Source: an uncultured bacterium
GTDB taxonomy: Bacteria; Verrucomicrobiota; Verrucomicrobiia; Limisphaerales; UBA8199
Direction: 5' to 3'
Length of the DNA: 64,000 nt
Assembly: GCA_963749495.1 (NCBI GenBank)
Contig: CAVVMW010000030.1
Coordinates: 1-64,000, forward strand
Made by a program: the position numbers and the translations under genes. A model generated the notes under the pieces. It saw nothing but the letters and a program-made list of their open reading frames with translations, searched no databases and was not told the origin of the DNA. Positions 61,130 to 64,000 of this stretch are shown piece after piece; position 1 is the stretch's first letter, and each line of letters starts with the position of its first letter.

Positions 61130-61405
61130 TTGACGATGGAGCTGTTGAGCGACACTGCGTTCATCAACTTTTCGCGGCTGATCATCTCCAGCATGAACGC
61201 CTGCCGGACGGGCATGTCGAAGGCCATCGCCACCCCACCCAGCGCGGCCGGTACGAGGATGTGCCAGGGCCGGATGTGCCGGCTCCACACTAACGCCGCA
61301 AACACGAAGGCCAGCACCATCATGGCGGTCTGGGTGAAGAAGACCACGGTGCGCTTGGGATGCCGGTCAGCCACGGAGCCGCTCCAGACGGAGAGCAGCT
61401 TGGGC
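61130..61405 (-). pseudogene. MFS transporter internal fragment
   Basis: GSVADRHPKR..TQ..AFDMPVRQAF..NAVSLNS. Confidence 0.82.
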
Positions 61406-61956
61406 AACGAGCGGTGTTCGAGTATTTCGGGCTGCCGTATTCAGCCACGGCCCTGACACTGGGCGGCAAAAGACCCCCAGGCCGGAGCTTTCAACCGAGC
61501 TGGCGGCGTTCGCCACAGCAGGCCGCGCTGCGCTTCCTTTCGGCGCGTCCAGGCCCGGCCCCGACGCGCCAGTGGGTTGATACACTCCAGCCTGGCCACG
61601 GCGGTTTTGGAGAAACCGCACCCAACCAGTGAACCGCCGCCGCTGTCCAGACCCGAGCCAGGCGGGAAAGCCCGCTTTCCAAGGTTGCGACGGCCTCGCA
61701 GTTCCGGGCGTGTGTTGGAAGTGAATCCCGCCACGGGGGATTCACCCGGAACGAAGCGAACCCCCTGGAGTGCGACCTGCTGTGTGCTCGACCGCCTGCG
61801 ACCGGAGGGTTGGCCCACGATGCCCAGGAGGACTGCGACACACGAGAAGGGGCACGTCTTTGCCGGACCGCAGGGCCTCTCATCGTGTCAGGCCCTTGGC
61901 CGCGTTGCGCCTTTTGGCCTTGAGCGGCCTGCGAATCGGCATACTCTGCCCTCGCT

Positions 61957-62565
61957 ATGAAGCCCTCTACAAATCTCCGAGAAATCGTCAGCGGTCTCTG
62001 GTTCTGGTCGTCCCTCCATGAGGAATGGAAGGTGGATTTTTCGTGCTGCGCGTGGGAAGCAAAGGAGGGGTTGGTGTTGATTGATCCCATCGAACTCGAC
62101 GCCGTTAGCCTTGCGAAGCTGGAGAAGGTCGGCAAACCGGCAGCGATTTTCCTCACAAACCAGAATCACGAACGCGCCGCTGAGTGGTTCCGCAAGCGGT
62201 ACGGCATCAAGGTTCATGTCCATCGGGATGCCGTGCCGGGAATCGAGATCACGCCCGACGAGTTTTTCCGCGACGGCGCGACCGTGCTGGGCGGGCTGAA
62301 GGTGATCCATCTGCCGGGCACTTGTCCGAGCGAGTGCGCTTTCTACACTGAGGCGAATGGCGGTCTGTTGCTCGCCGGGGATATAGTCGTGAACGGGAAA
62401 GAGGGCCTGGCGTTTCTCCCGGAGGATTACTGCCAGGACGCGAAACAGAGCCGGGAGTCGGCCAAGAAACTCCTGAAGCTCAAGTTCGACACACTAACGG
62501 TCGCCCACGGCAATCCGATTCATCCCAAGGCATTCGAGCAGTTTGCCAAGCTGTTTAGCGCGTGA
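61957..62565 (+). CDS. MBL-fold metallo-hydrolase-like protein
   Basis: VLIDP, LTNQNHER, LLAGD, VAHG; degenerate metal motif. Confidence 0.82.
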   Translation: MKPSTNLREIVSGLWFWSSLHEEWKVDFSCCAWEAKEGLVLIDPIELDAVSLAKLEKVGKPAAIFLTNQNHERAAEWFRKRYGIKVHVHRDAVPGIEITPDEFFRDGATVLGGLKVIHLPGTCPSECAFYTEANGGLLLAGDIVVNGKEGLAFLPEDYCQDAKQSRESAKKLLKLKFDTLTVAHGNPIHPKAFEQFAKLFSA

Positions 62566-62593
62566 GCCAGGCAGCAGTGGATTCCGAAGTGTC

Positions 62594-62960
62594 GCCGGCA
62601 AGGAGCTTGCGCCCAGCTAACGGGAGGCGCTCAAGAAGGCCCTGGCGAGCCGCGTGCGGGTCCTCACGGGCGGACCGGGCGTGGGCAGGACCACCCTGGT
62701 CAGCGCCATCCTGCTCATCCTGCGGGCCAAGAAAGTGCGGTGCCGGCTGTGCGCCGCCACCGGTCGCGCCGCCAAGCGCCTGTCGGAGGCGACCGGGGTC
62801 GAGGCCAAGACCATCCGGCGGCTGCTGGAATTGAGTCCGGCCTCGGGCGGGTTCACGCGCAACGATGCGTTGCCGCTGGAGTGTGATCTCCTGGTGGCCG
62901 ACGAGTGCTCCATGGTGGACGTGCCGCTGATGAACCACCTGCTCCGCGCCCTGGCGAATG
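62594..62960 (+). pseudogene. RecD2-like helicase fragment (copy 2; internal stop and frameshift)
   Basis: TGGPGVGRTT, ATGRAAKRLSE, TIRRLL, DECSMVD; TAA at 62618. Confidence 0.85.
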
Positions 62961-63021
62961 ACGACGCCTTCTGCGCTCTTGGTATCGAAAATTGACTGCT
63001 GAAAATTGGTCATTGGTTATC

Positions 63022-64000
63022 ATGAGAAAGTTCACCCTGCTCACGCTGCAACTGTGCGTCGCCGCCACGGTGTCCGCCGGCAACTGGCCCGGTTGGCGCG
63101 GACCCGAGGGCACCGGTGTTTCGTTGGACGAAGATCTGCCTGAAACGTGGGGCGCCAACCAGAACGTGCGCTGGCGGGTCGCGCTGCCCGGTCCTGGCAA
63201 TTCTTCCCCGATCGCCTGGGGCAAGCGGGTCTTCATTACGCAGGCCATCAAGAGCGAGAAGCGACGCGCCGTGATCTGTTTCGACCGCGCCGATGGCAGG
63301 CAGCTCTGGCAAGCGGGCGTCATCTATGGCGAGGACGAGCCGACGCAGGAAAACAACCCTTATTGCTCGGCCACGCCGGTGACCGACGGGGGGCGGGTCG
63401 TCGCGTCATTTGGCTCGGCGGGGCTCTATTGCTACGACTTGGACGGCAAGGAATCCTGGCATCGTGACTTGGGCAAGATGGACCATGTATTCGGCAACGC
63501 CTCGTCTCCCGTGCTTTACGGCGAGCTTTGCATCTTCAACTTCGGTCCCGACCCCAAGGCCAGGCTCATCGCGGTTGACAAACGCAACGGCCACACGCTC
63601 TGGGAAGTCCAGCCCCCGAAAGTTGACCCCGGCGCACATCTCGCGAGCGGCGGCCCCGGTGGGCCGGGCGGCGCCGGGGAAGGGCCTCCCGGTGGGGCGT
63701 GGAGCACGCCTTTGCTCATCAAGACCGCTCAACGCGACGAACTGGTCATGGCTTTCCCGAATTGTCTCGCGGGATACGAGCCCGGACCGGCACGCGGGTC
63801 TGGCTCACCCGAGGCATTGACGACTGGATTTTCACTACGCCCGTCTGGGGCGACGGAGTGGTCGTGGCGATGAGCAGCGGCGCGTCGCGCTGCCCGGTCC
63901 TGGCCATGCGCCCTGGCGGCAACGGGGATGTGACCGGGCGCCAGCGGCTCTGGCGTTTGGAGCGCCTCAAGAGTCAGTCCATCGGCTCAGGGGTCATCCA
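63022..64000 (+). CDS. PQQ-binding-like (BamB-type) beta-propeller protein; frameshift ~63785; runs off window
   Basis: NWPGWRGP, PGPGNSSP, SATPVTDG, GNASSPV, WSTP. Confidence 0.85.

Noticed and set aside
1..64000. CRISPR array or cas genes
   Set aside because: No constant repeat with unique spacers; tandem repeats are coding (delta-60, NHL) or REP-like; no Cas motifs seen.

Overview
GC-rich bacterial DNA, probably Verrucomicrobiota (Pedosphaera/Limisphaerales-like). This is inferred from gene content: an ECF sigma + Hanks kinase pair, a prepilin-type/DG-CTERM protein, Tat-exported hydrolases, and secreted proteins ending in an '...RFYRL' domain. The window is an accessory, heavily eroded region. 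It holds a tyrosine-recombinase + IS91-like element inserted into a palindromic REP-like repeat, carbohydrate-active enzymes, TA modules, tRNA-Asn, a LysR-pirin-WrbA unit and several REP/MITE families, one still carrying the remnant of its IS200-type TnpA. It also has roughly 25 gene fragments or frameshifted genes. The best candidate for an undescribed system is a surface-protein programme with three parts: (i) a ~200-nt conserved, promoter-preceded leader in three copies before secreted repeat proteins, (ii) a shared ~60-70 aa C-terminal domain on seven otherwise unrelated secreted proteins or remnants, and (iii) beta-propeller repeats with near-invariant scaffolds and a few hypervariable codons. 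A Hanks kinase-Wzz fusion that shares a promoter motif with its ECF sigma, and a Myb-like tandem-repeat protein, are further candidates. All calls were made by eye with no database search. Some frameshifts and junctions may be sequencing or assembly artefacts.
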